From Lytechinus pictus (lineage: Eukaryota): 64,000 nt of DNA. The position numbers and the translations under genes were made by a program. The number at the start of each line of letters is the position of its first letter. Positions within the stretch are counted from its first letter, which is position 1. Below are positions 62,354 through 64,000 of this stretch, piece by piece. The notes beneath the pieces are model-generated. The model was not told the DNA's origin. It was given only the letters and a program-made list of their open reading frames with translations, and searched no databases. The DNA lies in contig NC_087246.1 of NCBI RefSeq assembly GCF_037042905.1, forward strand, positions 51,088,001 to 51,152,000, given 5' to 3'.

Positions 62354-64000
62354 GTAAGTTTTTCAGCTATAGTAATTTCACATACGTTTATGAAATCACC
62401 TCACTAATCACACCATACGGGCTCGCTGTGTTCCATCACAGCTTTATCTGGTTTGCGTAAATGAATAATTAAACATGTTTTATTCACAAATTAAGGGTGT
62501 GCCATATTTGTTAGCGACACTCCATTAATTAGCAGGTTGATGGTATTATAACAAAAGATTGAGGACAGAAAACTATTAGCAATTACATGTATTTGATGAA
62601 ATCACAATTTTTCTTTGATATCCCAAGTCCATCCAGCTTACAAAACATCTTAGCTACCTGAATTTATTACAAATTTTTAAAACAAAATTCACTCCTGAAA
62701 AAAGAAACCTTACAGAAACTTTAAAAAATAAAAGAGATGTGTAATTTTGAATAAATCTTAATAGATATTTGTTTTTTTAATTCATGATAATAACGCAAGT
62801 TTTGAAAAAAAAAGTGCATTTTCCTTTGATATTCTTTAAAGGTCTGTCATTGATATTTATATGTATTTTGGGGAATATGCATGTTGCAATCCAGCAACAA
62901 AACAAAGATCAGATGGAACTAAGTGAGCTCATTATGAGTGTTTGCTAGTGTTTATATGTAGTGTGTATTTATTTATTCCACTTTTAACTATTTGGCTCGT
63001 ATTCATTAAAGCATACTAATGTCTGTTGAAAACCTTATAACTGAGAGAACATCATCCACCGATATACATTTTCTTTTTCATTTTGTTATCATGTGACGAT
63101 ATTGGAACTCTCAAGGTTTTGAGGGATGTTATTGTCAGAATTGTGACAGTGAAATTAATTTGTCATGTAAATTTCATTATTGGATTCATTTGATTGGTCT
63201 GCTCTTTTGGATATGAGCCATTGTGATTACACCCAGTATTTAATCAGTTTTTTGACACCATTGTGATATTGTAGCTTTATTAATAAATGCCTCATGTAAT
63301 TTACAAGGGTTATCAAGTCATTGTAAGTATGCAAATGAAAACATTCATTGACCAAGAAAGCTAGATAGGCATACCCCAAGAAGATGTATCCTATATTTAG
63401 AACCCTTTTAGTGCGTGAACTTCCAGAGTTCTCTGAGAAAGGTGGGTTAAGTGGTCAATTTATGCAAGCATTAATTGTAAATCTTGAAACACTTCAGATA
63501 ATAAATTCAATTCAGTTAACATTTAAATTCATTTTTTCAAACTAATAATATTGTAGGATTTTACTTTTTTCTTCTTCATAATATAAAGAAGAGAATTTTG
63601 TGCTTATTGTGCCAAACATTGGCAGCGATGGGGGGGGGGTGGCAAAATATGCCCACTTCTGAATTATTCTATGAATGTTTAAAAATCATGCAATAATACA
63701 GTGTATAGTTGTATAGATTGGCTTTGCAAGCTCATAGTTTTTGTGCCTATTTTATGCTAGCTTTGTGGCTGTTATTTTGCTGAGATCAGAAGTCGGTAGT
63801 TGATAAGATTTGTTGAGTATGAAGTAAATGTATTACATGTAGAAGTTCTACAGAATTAGGACATGTGTCTGCTACATGTACTATTCTGTCGTAGAAATTT
63901 GTTGTGCATTGAATATTGGGTCCAATCTATTGAAAAAGATTAATGTAACTTGGTTGTAACCACAGTTACATCAGTTCTGACATACTTGTCCAGTTAAAAT

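Overview
AT-rich, intron-containing animal genomic DNA, not prokaryotic. The SINE/MITE repertoire suggests an echinoderm such as a sea urchin (inference). Three protein-coding genes can be rebuilt exon by exon with consistent GT-AG phases. (1) An SLC7 L-type/heteromeric amino-acid transporter light chain on the minus strand: ATG at 14575, six coding exons down to 178, running off the left edge. (2) A complete 7-exon PIGO (GPI ethanolamine-phosphate transferase 3) on the plus strand, 30124-40081, about 1117 aa. (3) An ANKAR-like ankyrin plus armadillo gene on the plus strand from about 49.8 kb, with no stop codon found in the window. Introns and intergenic DNA are packed with non-autonomous transposons: TTAA-flanked Kolobok-type MITEs, Tc1/mariner MITEs, an intact 1.85-kb hAT element, a 1.47-kb foldback, Helentron-like elements and tRNA-derived SINEs. 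Most interesting observations: a 66-bp insertion with a 16-bp target duplication that folds as a minimal hammerhead ribozyme (12.4 kb); TA-to-TA(N3-4)TA insertions, mostly palindromic, that look like locally clustered transposon excision footprints; an antisense TATA/Inr/donor unit inside an ANKAR intron whose putative first exon is duplicated and fused to downstream sequence; and a probable 10-nt ANKAR microexon. All coordinates were read by eye, and no database searches were run.
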